64,000 nucleotides of DNA. It comes from Silvibacterium sp. GTDB lineage: Bacteria; Acidobacteriota; Terriglobia; Terriglobales; Acidobacteriaceae. The notes under the pieces were generated by a model that was given only the letters and a program-made list of their open reading frames with translations, was not told the origin of the DNA and made no database searches. Both the position numbers and the translations under genes were made by a program. The DNA lies in the NCBI RefSeq assembly GCF_047605705.1, contig NZ_JASGFD010000025.1, positions 1,168 through 65,167 of the forward strand, given 5' to 3'. This document shows positions 26,126 through 35,059 of this stretch, piece after piece (position 1 is the first letter of the stretch; every line of letters begins with the position of its first letter).

Positions 26126-26976
26126 TGGCTTCGCACCTCGGTGGAGGGCCCGTCATCCTCGGGCTCTCCACTTCCGCGCTCTGGGGCTCCTCTGACTTCA
26201 CCGGAGGCTTCGCCGCCCGTCGCACCCCGCCCGCGCTCCTCGTCTCCTTCGCGCACGCACTCTCCCTGATCCTGCTGCTCGCAGCCTGTTTCCTGCACCA
26301 TGAGGCGCTGGACGCGGCCTCCGTTCGTTTCGGACTGCTGAGCGGCGTGGCCGGTGGCATCGGCCTCATGGTGCTCTACCGCGCGCTGTCACTTGGGTCG
26401 ATGGGGATCGTCGCCGCCATCTGCGGCGTCATCACCACGGTCATCCCGGTCATCGCCTCCTGGATTCTCGAAGGCCATGCCGCGCCGGGGAAGCTTGTGG
26501 GCTTTGCGCTGGCCGCGGTCTCCATCGCTCTTATCAGCCGTACCCCCTCCGAGCACGCAAACTCCCGCGCCGTCGGCCTCGCCATCCTTGCCGGTTTCTG
26601 TTTTGGAGGCATGCTCATCGCGATGCGCTTCGGGGCCGGACACTCCGTGCTCTGGACGATGGTCTGGACCCGTGCCGCCAGCACCACGATCGCGCTCGCC
26701 GCCACGGCATTGCTGCCCGCAGCGAGCCGCAGCCGGGCAGCTTTCGCCGCCGCGCTGTTGCCTGCCATCCTCGTCGGCACGCTCGACACCTCCGGCAACC
26801 TGCTCTACATGCTGGCCACCCTGGCCGGGCGTATGGATGTAGCCACCGTGCTCTCCGCGCTCTACCCCGGCACGACGATGCTACTGGCGATCTTCATCCT
26901 GCGCGAGAAGGCTACCCGCACACAGGCCGCCGGGATGGCGCTGGCGCTCGCCGCCGTAGCGCTGATCGCGCTGTAA
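26125..26976 (+). CDS. DMT superfamily (EamA-like) transporter
   Basis: 283 aa with about 10 hydrophobic helices and a duplicated EamA-like pattern. GTG overlaps the upstream TAG by 1 nt (taGtg). Confidence 0.75.
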   Translation: MASHLGGGPVILGLSTSALWGSSDFTGGFAARRTPPALLVSFAHALSLILLLAACFLHHEALDAASVRFGLLSGVAGGIGLMVLYRALSLGSMGIVAAICGVITTVIPVIASWILEGHAAPGKLVGFALAAVSIALISRTPSEHANSRAVGLAILAGFCFGGMLIAMRFGAGHSVLWTMVWTRAASTTIALAATALLPAASRSRAAFAAALLPAILVGTLDTSGNLLYMLATLAGRMDVATVLSALYPGTTMLLAIFILREKATRTQAAGMALALAAVALIAL

Positions 26977-27297
26977 CTGCTGCGCGCAGGGCGATCCGCC
27001 TTTGGCCTCCGCTCCCGCTGGTCGCGTTCAAGACTCAAGTAAAAGTCAAAAAGTCTGTCATTCCGACCGAAGCGAAGCCCAAAGGGCGAGGCGTAGTGGA
27101 GGAACCTGCAGTTCTCCCTCAACAGGCGAGGATCCGAGTTCAACATGTCCCCCACTCAAGCAAAGCCTGGACGGAACACCCTCTTTGACACAATGCGAAC
27201 GTCCCTGTCGCCTCTCAGAATCGAGAGATGCGGCACCCAAGGCTTGTCGCGACCAGCGGGAGCGAAGGCCGAAGGCGAATCGCCCTGCGCGTAGCAG
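26977..27297. repeat. 321-bp non-coding element bounded by 50-bp inverted repeats (R4 arms 26977-27026 and 27248-27297) carrying internal R3 (27055-27113) and R1-variant (27146-27181) units
   Basis: Arms aligned by hand: the 43-nt core is 40/43 identical and 7 further flanking nt are 6/7. No credible ORF inside. Confidence 0.8.
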
Positions 27298-27320
27298 TCC
27301 CGTGGGAAAATGGGGCCAGC

Positions 27321-28451
27321 ATGCGCAAGATTCTTGCTCTCTTCCTTTGCCTTCTGCCCGCACTTGCCGTCCGCGCGGAGAAGCGCCTCGTCCTCATTGA
27401 CCAGGACGGCTCCGGGCCGGGCGGCTCGAACCAGATGGCGATGATGGTCCTGCTGCAGTCGCCGGAGGTGGAGGTGCTCGGCATCACCATGGTCACCGGC
27501 AACGCCTGGCGCGACGAGGAGACAGCCCACACGCTCCGCATGCTCGAGCTGATCGGCCGGACCGACGTGCCGGTGGCGCAGGGCGCGGTCTTCCCGCTGG
27601 TGCGCACGCAGCAGGAGACCGAGCTCCAGTCCGCCCTGGTGGGCAAGGTGGCGTGGCTCGGAGCCTGGGGACAGGGCCCGAACACCCTCGTCCAGACCTC
27701 GGAGGGCCTCGCCGGGCAGGTGACTCACCCTGGCGACGCGCATGGCCCTTACTTCGTCCCGAAGCTGGCCGAGGGCGCGCCCCACACGAAGCCAATCGAC
27801 GAGGACGCCGTGCATTTCCTCATCCGGCAGGTGCATGCGCATCCACACCAGGTCACGATCTATGCCGCCGGCCCGCTCACGAACATCGCGCTGGCCATCT
27901 CCATTGATCCGCAGTTCGCCGGGCTGACCCGGGGCATCGTCATCATGGGCGGCAGCCTCAATCCGCAGACGGCCGACCCGGAGTTTTCCGCCTCGCCGCG
28001 GCATGAGTTCAACTTCTGGTTCGATCCCGAGGCAGCGCACATCACGCTGCGCGCTCCCTTTCCCCGCATCGACCTGACAACCGTGGATGTGTCGATCAAG
28101 GCGCCCTTCACCGAGGCGATGCTCAAGGAGATCGCCCAATCGCCGAACCCCGCGGCACAGTACATCGCAAAGTATTCGGAAGACCGCTACTACCTCTGGG
28201 ACGAGCTGGCCGCCTGCGCCCTGATCGATCCGACGCTGATTACGGGCGAAAAATCGGTCTACATGGACGTCGATCTGAGCCATGGCCCGTCCTACGGCGA
28301 CACATTGACCTGGTTCCAGGCGAACAAGCCCCAGACCGAACTGCAGGTCGTCCACGCCCAGACCGACGTCGATCTTGAGCGATTTGACCGGATGTTCGTC
28401 CAGCTGATGAAGGCTCCAACGCCCCCTCACAACATAACGAGCCAACACTGA
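27321..28451 (+). CDS. secreted nucleoside hydrolase-like (IUNH family) protein
   Basis: Signal peptide MRKILALFLCLLPALAVRA. LVLIDQDGSGPGG..EVLGITMVTGNAW..VTIYAAGPLTNIALA..YLWDELAACALIDP follow the IUNH fold pattern. Track ORF trimmed to ATG 27321. Confidence 0.75.
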   Translation: MRKILALFLCLLPALAVRAEKRLVLIDQDGSGPGGSNQMAMMVLLQSPEVEVLGITMVTGNAWRDEETAHTLRMLELIGRTDVPVAQGAVFPLVRTQQETELQSALVGKVAWLGAWGQGPNTLVQTSEGLAGQVTHPGDAHGPYFVPKLAEGAPHTKPIDEDAVHFLIRQVHAHPHQVTIYAAGPLTNIALAISIDPQFAGLTRGIVIMGGSLNPQTADPEFSASPRHEFNFWFDPEAAHITLRAPFPRIDLTTVDVSIKAPFTEAMLKEIAQSPNPAAQYIAKYSEDRYYLWDELAACALIDPTLITGEKSVYMDVDLSHGPSYGDTLTWFQANKPQTELQVVHAQTDVDLERFDRMFVQLMKAPTPPHNITSQH

Positions 28452-28689
28452 TCGTTTTGATTCAACGACTTAGCAGAATCCCTAACAGGACTCAGCCCCA
28501 GATGACAACCAGGATTCCGCCCCGTCCAAACCTTTAGGACGCCGCAACCTGGCCGGAACTGCCGGGTTGCTACCCAGAGGAGCGCGCCCAATCGCGTTTC
28601 CACGCCTTCCGGCTCCGGCCGGCCCGCATCCAATCCCACGAGGCCCAAGGCCTCCATCGCAGAGATCTGGAGTGACCAGAGACACGACC

Positions 28690-31347
28690 ATGAGCCCACG
28701 ATCCGTTCGATCAAGATCCGCTCGACTGCGCACTGCTGTCCTTTCCGTTGCTGTACTCGCGCTTTCCACGTTTTCCCTCCGCCTGATGGCGGACCCCGCG
28801 CCGTTCGACCTGCAGGGACCTACGCTCGAAATCAAGGTCACCCGCGGCGGCATGTCGTTGCCCATTACGCAGGTGCCGAACCTCTCCGTCGGCGACCGCA
28901 TCTGGATTCACCCGGACTTTCCCGCCACGCAGGCCGCACATTACCTGCTGATCGGCGCTTTCCTGCGCGGCACGACGAATCCGCCGCCGGATAACTGGTT
29001 CTTCAAGGCCGAAACCTGGGACAAAAAGTTCACGGGACTGAACATCACCGTCCCTGAGGGCGCGCAGCAGGTCATCATCTTCCTCGCGCCGGAGACAGGC
29101 GGCGACTTCAAGACGCTGATCAACGCTGTCAAAGGACGTCCCGGCTCGTTCGTGCGCGCCTCGCAGGATCTGAACCAGGCGAGCCTCGACCGCACGCGCC
29201 TGGATACCTATCTCGCCGCCGTCCGGCAGATCAACAGCCAGGATCCGACCAAGCTCAAGGACGCGACGCCGCTGCTGGCCCGCAGTCTGAGCGTGCAGTT
29301 CGACGACAAGTGCCTACAGCAGCAGCCTGACCTGCAGGCTTCCTGCCTCACGGCCAAGCAGGACAGCCTCATTCTCGACGATGGGCACAGCCAGTCGATC
29401 GTCTCGGCGCTCACCAACGGCTCAGCCGGTGACCTTGCGCTCGAAGCCAGCTACACGGCGCAGGCGAACTACGGCTACTACAGCCCCTATATTTCGTCGG
29501 TGATGGACATCGCACGCATCCTCGACAGCTTCCACACCGCGCAGTACCAGTACATTCCCGGCCTCGCCTCGTTCCACAACGGCAACTACGAGCTGAAGCT
29601 GAACGCGCCGCCGTCGTTCCACAACCCCAAGTCGGTCATCGTCGTGGCACTGCCTCCGGTGGAAGGCTCGCAACCGCCGCCGCTGCACCCCATCGACGAG
29701 AAGCAGGCTTTCTGCGCCGAGAAGAAGGATCTGGTGCTGCCGGTGGATGGCGCGCCGCTGGTCTTCTCTACGCCCTATGCGCATAACCTCGCGCTGCACC
29801 TTACCAGCGACGGCAAGAGTTTTGATCTGCCGCTCACACCGGACGCCATCCACGGCGGCTTCCAGGTCGATACCAAGCCCCTCGGCGGCACCGTACCCGG
29901 CCCGAACACCGAAGCCTCGGTAAAGGGCGTCTGGGGCTTCTCGCCCTTCGATGGCCCGAAGTTCCATCTGCAGGGCGCACGAGAGCAGAAGTGGGAGCTG
30001 GCTTCCACCGACCAAAGCGCGCTGGTCGTCGGTCGCGATGACACCATCCACCTCGAAGCCGAGGACGCAAGCTGCGTCGACTCGGTCGAGTTCAAGGATG
30101 CGAGCGGCAAAGAGGCCAAGGCCGACTGGAAGCTCTCGAAGCCGAACCAGCTCGAAGTGAAGCTTGCTCTCAAGGACGCGAAGCCGGGCGAACTCACGCT
30201 CGTGGTGAAGCAGGCCGGCCTCGAAAAGCCTGAGCCGATTGCGATGAAGGCCTACGCCGAAGCCGGCCATCTCGAAAGCTTCACCATCCACGCCGGCGAT
30301 CCGAATGGTCTACTCAAGGGCAGCCGTCTGGATGAAGTTGCGAGCCTGACGGTGAAGGGCGCGAAGTTCGAGCCCGGCAGCCTGTCCAGCTCCGAAGGCA
30401 GCGATGAGCTGCCCATGCTGACCAAGGACACGAAGGCCGCCGAAGGCTTTACCGCCGGGCAGTCGCTCGACGCCACGGCGACCCTGAAGGACGGCCGCAC
30501 GCAGAGCGTCAGCGTCACGGTCGATGCCTCGCGTCCGCGCATTGCGCTCATCGGCAAGAACATCGAGGCCGACAACAGCGCGAACGACAACATCCAGCTG
30601 GCCAATCAGGACGAACTGCCGCAGAACAGCAAGCTCGTCTTCTCGATCAAGGCGCAGTCGCCGAACAGCTTCAAGCGTGAGGACAAGGTCGAGGTCGCGA
30701 CCGAAGACAACTCCTACTCGACCGTGCTCTCGATGGGAGAAGGCACGCTGACGCTGCAGGACGCGAGCACCGCGCTGGCCACGCTCGACCCTGCAAAGGC
30801 CTTTGGCAGCTCGGCTTTCGGTCCGCTGCGCTTCCGCATCGTGGACGCAAGCGGCGACAAGGGCGACTGGCAGCCGCTGGCCACGCTGGTGCGCCTGCCG
30901 CAGTTCAAGACGCTGAACTGCCCCTACGACACCACGCAGCCCTGCAAGCTCACCGGCTCGAACCTCTTCCTCGTGGGCTCGGTTGCAGGCGATCAGCAGT
31001 TCAGCCATCCGGTGCAGGTTCCGGACGGCTTCCCCGGCGGCTCGCTGCCGGTGCCGCATCCTGCGGGCAGCCAGCTCTTCGTGAAGCTGCGCGACGATCC
31101 CTCGGTCGTCAACCAGGTCACGCTCACGGCGGTGGTGGCGCCCGCTCCCGCACCGGCAGCAGCGCCTGCTCAGCCTTCAGTCACGCCCGTCAACCCGTCG
31201 ATCGCGCCGGACGGCAAGCCTCGCCCGGACTACACGCAGCCCTCGAACAACTCGAGCAGCAACTCCACATCCGGCAGCCCGACAAACAATGCGGCGAGCA
31301 ATTCGACAAACAACGCGGCAACACCTTCCACGACGCAGCCGCAGTAG
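28690..31347 (+). CDS. large secreted hypothetical protein (885 aa) with a Pro/Ala then Asn/Ser/Thr-rich C-terminal tail
   Basis: Signal-like RLRTAVLSVAVLALSTFSLRLMA. No recognisable catalytic motif. Tail ..APAPAPAAAPAQPSVTPVNPS..NNSSSNSTSGSPTNNAASNSTNNAATPSTTQPQ. Confidence 0.75.
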   Translation: MSPRSVRSRSARLRTAVLSVAVLALSTFSLRLMADPAPFDLQGPTLEIKVTRGGMSLPITQVPNLSVGDRIWIHPDFPATQAAHYLLIGAFLRGTTNPPPDNWFFKAETWDKKFTGLNITVPEGAQQVIIFLAPETGGDFKTLINAVKGRPGSFVRASQDLNQASLDRTRLDTYLAAVRQINSQDPTKLKDATPLLARSLSVQFDDKCLQQQPDLQASCLTAKQDSLILDDGHSQSIVSALTNGSAGDLALEASYTAQANYGYYSPYISSVMDIARILDSFHTAQYQYIPGLASFHNGNYELKLNAPPSFHNPKSVIVVALPPVEGSQPPPLHPIDEKQAFCAEKKDLVLPVDGAPLVFSTPYAHNLALHLTSDGKSFDLPLTPDAIHGGFQVDTKPLGGTVPGPNTEASVKGVWGFSPFDGPKFHLQGAREQKWELASTDQSALVVGRDDTIHLEAEDASCVDSVEFKDASGKEAKADWKLSKPNQLEVKLALKDAKPGELTLVVKQAGLEKPEPIAMKAYAEAGHLESFTIHAGDPNGLLKGSRLDEVASLTVKGAKFEPGSLSSSEGSDELPMLTKDTKAAEGFTAGQSLDATATLKDGRTQSVSVTVDASRPRIALIGKNIEADNSANDNIQLANQDELPQNSKLVFSIKAQSPNSFKREDKVEVATEDNSYSTVLSMGEGTLTLQDASTALATLDPAKAFGSSAFGPLRFRIVDASGDKGDWQPLATLVRLPQFKTLNCPYDTTQPCKLTGSNLFLVGSVAGDQQFSHPVQVPDGFPGGSLPVPHPAGSQLFVKLRDDPSVVNQVTLTAVVAPAPAPAAAPAQPSVTPVNPSIAPDGKPRPDYTQPSNNSSSNSTSGSPTNNAASNSTNNAATPSTTQPQ

Positions 31348-31375
31348 CACCTTCCCACAAAACGCGTCGCTCCCG

Positions 31376-31416
31376 AAAAGCGGGTGGAGTAATCTGAACT
31401 CCACCCGCTTTTCTTG
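31376..31416 (+). terminator. rho-independent terminator
   Basis: 14-bp perfect stem aaaagcgggtggag / ctccacccgctttt with a T-rich tail. It ends 20 nt before the eutB ATG. Confidence 0.8.
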
Positions 31417-31435
31417 TCTCGCATTCTGATTTCAG

Positions 31436-32776
31436 ATGAGCTACCAACACACCATCCGCGGCGTCTCTTATACCTTCTCCGATCTGCGCGAGCTGCTGGC
31501 CAAGGCCACACCGGCACGCAGCGGCGATGAGCTTGCAGGCCTCGCCGCCAGCTCCGCTGCAGAGCGCGTAGCCGCGCAGATAACCCTCGCGGACCTTCCG
31601 CTGGCCGAGTTCCTCGCACATCCGCTCATCGAAGACGACGAAGTCACACGCCTGATTCACGCGCAGCATGACGCCGCGGCCTTTGCGCCGCTCGCAAGCT
31701 TCACCGTGGGCGAGCTGCGCGACTGGCTGCTGGGCGACGAAGCCACCGGCGAACGCCTCACCGCATTGCACTGGGCCTTCACGCCGGAGATGGCGGCGGC
31801 CGTCTCGAAGCTCATGCGCCTGCAGGATCTCGTCCTTGTCGCGCGCAAGATCCGCGTCGTCACGCGCTTCCGCACCACCATCGGCCTCGCCGGTACGCTC
31901 GCCTCACGACTGCAGCCAAATCATCCAACCGACGACGCAACCGGCATCGCAGCATCCATGCTCGACGGGCTCTTGTTGGGTGTGGGCGACGCGGTCATCG
32001 GCATCAATCCTGTCTCGGATAATGTTGCGACGACGACCACGCTGCTCACGCTGATCGACCGCGTACGCGAGCGCTATCGCATCCCGGTGCAAAGCTGCAT
32101 ACTCGCGCACATCACCACGCAGATGCAGGCGCTCGAGCGCGGCGCGCCCGTGGACCTGCTCTTTCAGTCGATTGCCGGAACCGGGAAGGCGAATACCTCC
32201 TTCGGCGTCTCGCTCTCGCTGCTCGATGAAGCCTATGACGCGGGCCTTTCGCTCAAGCGCGGCACACTCGGCGAGAACCTGATGTACTTCGAGACTGGCC
32301 AGGGCAGCGCGCTTTCTGCGAACGCGCACTACGGCATCGATCAGCAGACATGTGAGGCGCGCGCGTATGCCGTTGCGCGACAGTACAAGCCGCTGCTGGT
32401 GAATACCGTCGTCGGCTTCATCGGGCCAGAGTATCTATACGACGGCAAGCAGATTCTGCGCGCCGCGCTCGAAGATCACTTCTGCGGCAAGCTGCTCGGT
32501 CTGCCGATGGGCTGCGACGTCTGCTACACCACGCACGCCGAGGCCAACGACGACGACACCGACACCATCATGACCATGCTCGGCGCAGCCGGCGTGAACT
32601 ACATCATGGGCGTGCCCGGCGCGGACGACGTGATGCTCAACTATCAGAGCACCTCCTTCCACGACATCGCCTACCTGCGCACCGCGCTCGGCCTCAGACC
32701 CGCGCCGGAATTCGAAGCGTGGCTCGATGCGGGGCTGCGTGAAGAGCTTTCCCTCGCAGGGCTGCTCACCGCATGA
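31436..32776 (+). CDS. eutB: ethanolamine ammonia-lyase large subunit
   Basis: 446 aa. MSYQHTIRGVSYTFSDLRELLAKATPARSGD and ..MYFETGQGSALSANAH.. are typical of EutB. Confidence 0.92.
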   Translation: MSYQHTIRGVSYTFSDLRELLAKATPARSGDELAGLAASSAAERVAAQITLADLPLAEFLAHPLIEDDEVTRLIHAQHDAAAFAPLASFTVGELRDWLLGDEATGERLTALHWAFTPEMAAAVSKLMRLQDLVLVARKIRVVTRFRTTIGLAGTLASRLQPNHPTDDATGIAASMLDGLLLGVGDAVIGINPVSDNVATTTTLLTLIDRVRERYRIPVQSCILAHITTQMQALERGAPVDLLFQSIAGTGKANTSFGVSLSLLDEAYDAGLSLKRGTLGENLMYFETGQGSALSANAHYGIDQQTCEARAYAVARQYKPLLVNTVVGFIGPEYLYDGKQILRAALEDHFCGKLLGLPMGCDVCYTTHAEANDDDTDTIMTMLGAAGVNYIMGVPGADDVMLNYQSTSFHDIAYLRTALGLRPAPEFEAWLDAGLREELSLAGLLTA

Positions 32777-33534
32777 GTGACAAACTCGCGCACCATGATC
32801 CGGCAGCATTGCGCGATGCGCTTCGCGCGCATACACCGGCGCGCGTGGGCCTGCGCAGTGCCGGGCGATCGCTGGCGACGAGTGAAATCCTCGACCTCAA
32901 CTGGTCCCTGGCGCAGGCGCGCGATGCGCTGCACACGCCACTGAGCGTGGTCACGCTGGTGCCCGCATGCGCCGCCGAAGGCTGGATGCCTCTGCGCGCA
33001 CACAGCGCCGCGCAGGACCGCAGCGAATATCTGCGGAGACCCGACCTCGGACGCCAGCTTAGCGAAGCTTCGCGCGAAACCCTGACCACGCAGCACACAC
33101 AACCACGGCCCCTCGCCATCGTCCTCGCCGATGGTCTATCGTCGCTTGCCGTCGAGCGGCATGCCCTGCCGCTGCTTGTCGCGCTACGGAATCTGTCGCC
33201 GGAGGTGGTCACTGCTCCGCTGGTGATTGCCGAGCAGGCGCGCGTCGCCCTGGGGGATGAGATCGGCGAACTGCTGGACGCAGAACTTATCCTGTTCATG
33301 ATCGGCGAACGCCCCGGGCTCAGTTCACCCGACTCGCTCGGCGTGTATCTTACCTGGTCACCAAAAAGAGGAAGGACGGATGCCGAGCGCAATTGCATCT
33401 CGAACATCCGTCCTGAAGGCCTGCGTTATGCCGAAGCCGCGGAGAAGATCGCCTTCTATCTCCGCGCGGCGCGCCAACTGGGGCGCACCGGCGTCGATCT
33501 CAAAGAAGATTCCCTGTTACCTCACCAGACATAG
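32773..33534 (+). CDS. eutC: ethanolamine ammonia-lyase small subunit
   Basis: ATGA overlap with eutB. ..TPARVGLRSAGRSL..LILFMIGERPGLSSPDSLGVYLTW.. is typical of EutC. Confidence 0.9.
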   Translation: MSDKLAHHDPAALRDALRAHTPARVGLRSAGRSLATSEILDLNWSLAQARDALHTPLSVVTLVPACAAEGWMPLRAHSAAQDRSEYLRRPDLGRQLSEASRETLTTQHTQPRPLAIVLADGLSSLAVERHALPLLVALRNLSPEVVTAPLVIAEQARVALGDEIGELLDAELILFMIGERPGLSSPDSLGVYLTWSPKRGRTDAERNCISNIRPEGLRYAEAAEKIAFYLRAARQLGRTGVDLKEDSLLPHQT

Positions 33535-34991
33535 GTCGCAACCGCACCGGCCGGCAGCGAAGTCGTAATCGCCTTGCCGTGATCGCGGATCGCGAATTTC
33601 TGCTCGTCCTTCGAGGTGTTCGCCACGATGACGACTTCCCTGCCGCCTTCTACCTTGAAAGCCACATTCGGCAGGCTGTCCGGCTCATTCGAACCGATGC
33701 GCACCGAGCCCGTCGGAACGAACTTCGAAGCCTGTGCGACCGTGTAGTACGCGATGTTCCGTGTGATTGCGTCGCCGTCGATGGTGATTGCGCCCTCGCA
33801 GATCGGGCAGCCGCCGTCGTTCGTGTGCGGGCCAAGCTCAGGATCGGCAGCGAGGTTCCACAGCAACACGTTGCGAGCCCAGTTGCGCGGCGCGCCGACG
33901 ATGAGCCGCGACACCGAACGCGCAATGGCAAGCTGCGACTCCCCCTTCTCATCGATGGTCATCTGCTCGGTGAAGTAGAGATTCTTCTTCGGATAAGCAT
34001 CGTGCACCTTGGTCATCGCGCTGATATCGCCCTCATAAAGGTGGAAGGCCGAGCCGTCGACATACTTCGCAGCTGCGGGATCCTTGAGGATCGTCATCGG
34101 ATACTCGGGCTTGTCGCAGTTGTGGTCATAGACGATGATCTTTGTCTTCAGCTTTGCCTTTTCGAAGGCCGGACCGAGCGCGGTCGCGATGAACTTCGCC
34201 TGATCTTCGGCCTGCATCACCATGCTCGGTGTGTTGTGCGGATTCAGCGGCTCGTTCTGCACCGTGATGGCATCGATGCGGATGCCCTGCGCCCGCATCG
34301 CATCGATGTACTTCACAAAGTAGGCCGCATATGCGCCGTAATATTCCGGCTTGAGGCTGCCGTCCTTGAGCTTGCCGTTCGTCTTCATCCACGCAGGCGC
34401 CGACCACGGCGAACCAAGAATCTTGAGCTCCGGATTGATGGCGAGAATTTCCTTGAGCACCGGCACCACCGTATCCGCATCGGGGCCAAGATTAAACTTC
34501 TCGAGCTTCGGGTCCGTGTCGCCGTCCTTGAGGTCGTCATAGGTGAAGGCGTGGTCATTCATGTCCGACGATCCGATGCTCACGCGGATGTAATTCACGC
34601 CAACTTCGTTATCGCCTCGCCCAAAGAGCTCGCGCAGTAGCTCGCCGCGCTGCGGCGCGCTCATCTTCATCAGCAGCTGGGCGCTACCGCCGGTGAGTGC
34701 GAAGCCAAAACCATCCATGGACTGGAACTTCTTGCTGTCGTCGACATCGATCACCGGAAGCTTGCTGTCCTTTTCCTTATGAAATTCGAGCAGGCCCGGC
34801 TGCTTCGCCAGCAGCGAGCTGCGATCGGCGGTCGTCAGCCACTCGGTGGCGTCACTCGAGCCGGCAAAGGAAAACGAGGGCAGGGCAAGCAAAAGCAACG
34901 CGGGCAGGATGGCAGGACGGAAGCGCACAGGAGTTCCTCTCGTGAGTCGATCGATCTTCGGGCGTCGCAGGCGCGGACAGCCCGCAATCAT
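33522..34991 (-). CDS. glycoside hydrolase family 30 (glucosylceramidase / beta-1,6-glucanase-type)
   Basis: MDGFGFALTGGSAQLL, acid/base region IDAITVQNEPLNP, nucleophile region KNLYFTEQ. Signal peptide. A likelier start is GTG 34928. The 3' end overlaps eutC by 13 nt (convergent). Confidence 0.8.
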   Translation of the reverse strand: MIAGCPRLRRPKIDRLTRGTPVRFRPAILPALLLLALPSFSFAGSSDATEWLTTADRSSLLAKQPGLLEFHKEKDSKLPVIDVDDSKKFQSMDGFGFALTGGSAQLLMKMSAPQRGELLRELFGRGDNEVGVNYIRVSIGSSDMNDHAFTYDDLKDGDTDPKLEKFNLGPDADTVVPVLKEILAINPELKILGSPWSAPAWMKTNGKLKDGSLKPEYYGAYAAYFVKYIDAMRAQGIRIDAITVQNEPLNPHNTPSMVMQAEDQAKFIATALGPAFEKAKLKTKIIVYDHNCDKPEYPMTILKDPAAAKYVDGSAFHLYEGDISAMTKVHDAYPKKNLYFTEQMTIDEKGESQLAIARSVSRLIVGAPRNWARNVLLWNLAADPELGPHTNDGGCPICEGAITIDGDAITRNIAYYTVAQASKFVPTGSVRIGSNEPDSLPNVAFKVEGGREVVIVANTSKDEQKFAIRDHGKAITTSLPAGAVATYVW

Positions 34992-35059
34992 TAGGCATTT
35001 GAGCGAAGCAGGCTGTCAAGCCAATGCGCACCCTGCACGCAGAAAACAAACGTTTGTCT

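Noticed and set aside
26970-27300. Target-site duplication flanking the inverted-repeat element, which would prove mobility.
   Set aside because: The flanks (..gctgtaa | element | tcccgtggg..) share no duplicated 2-10-mer that I could see, so transposition remains unproven.
31348-31435. Cobalamin riboswitch upstream of eutB, and in the 41597-42007 spacer upstream of the TonB receptor.
   Set aside because: The eutB upstream region is only 88 nt and is mostly a terminator hairpin. I found no B12-box-like block in either region. Only cmsearch with RF00174 could settle it, so I make no call.
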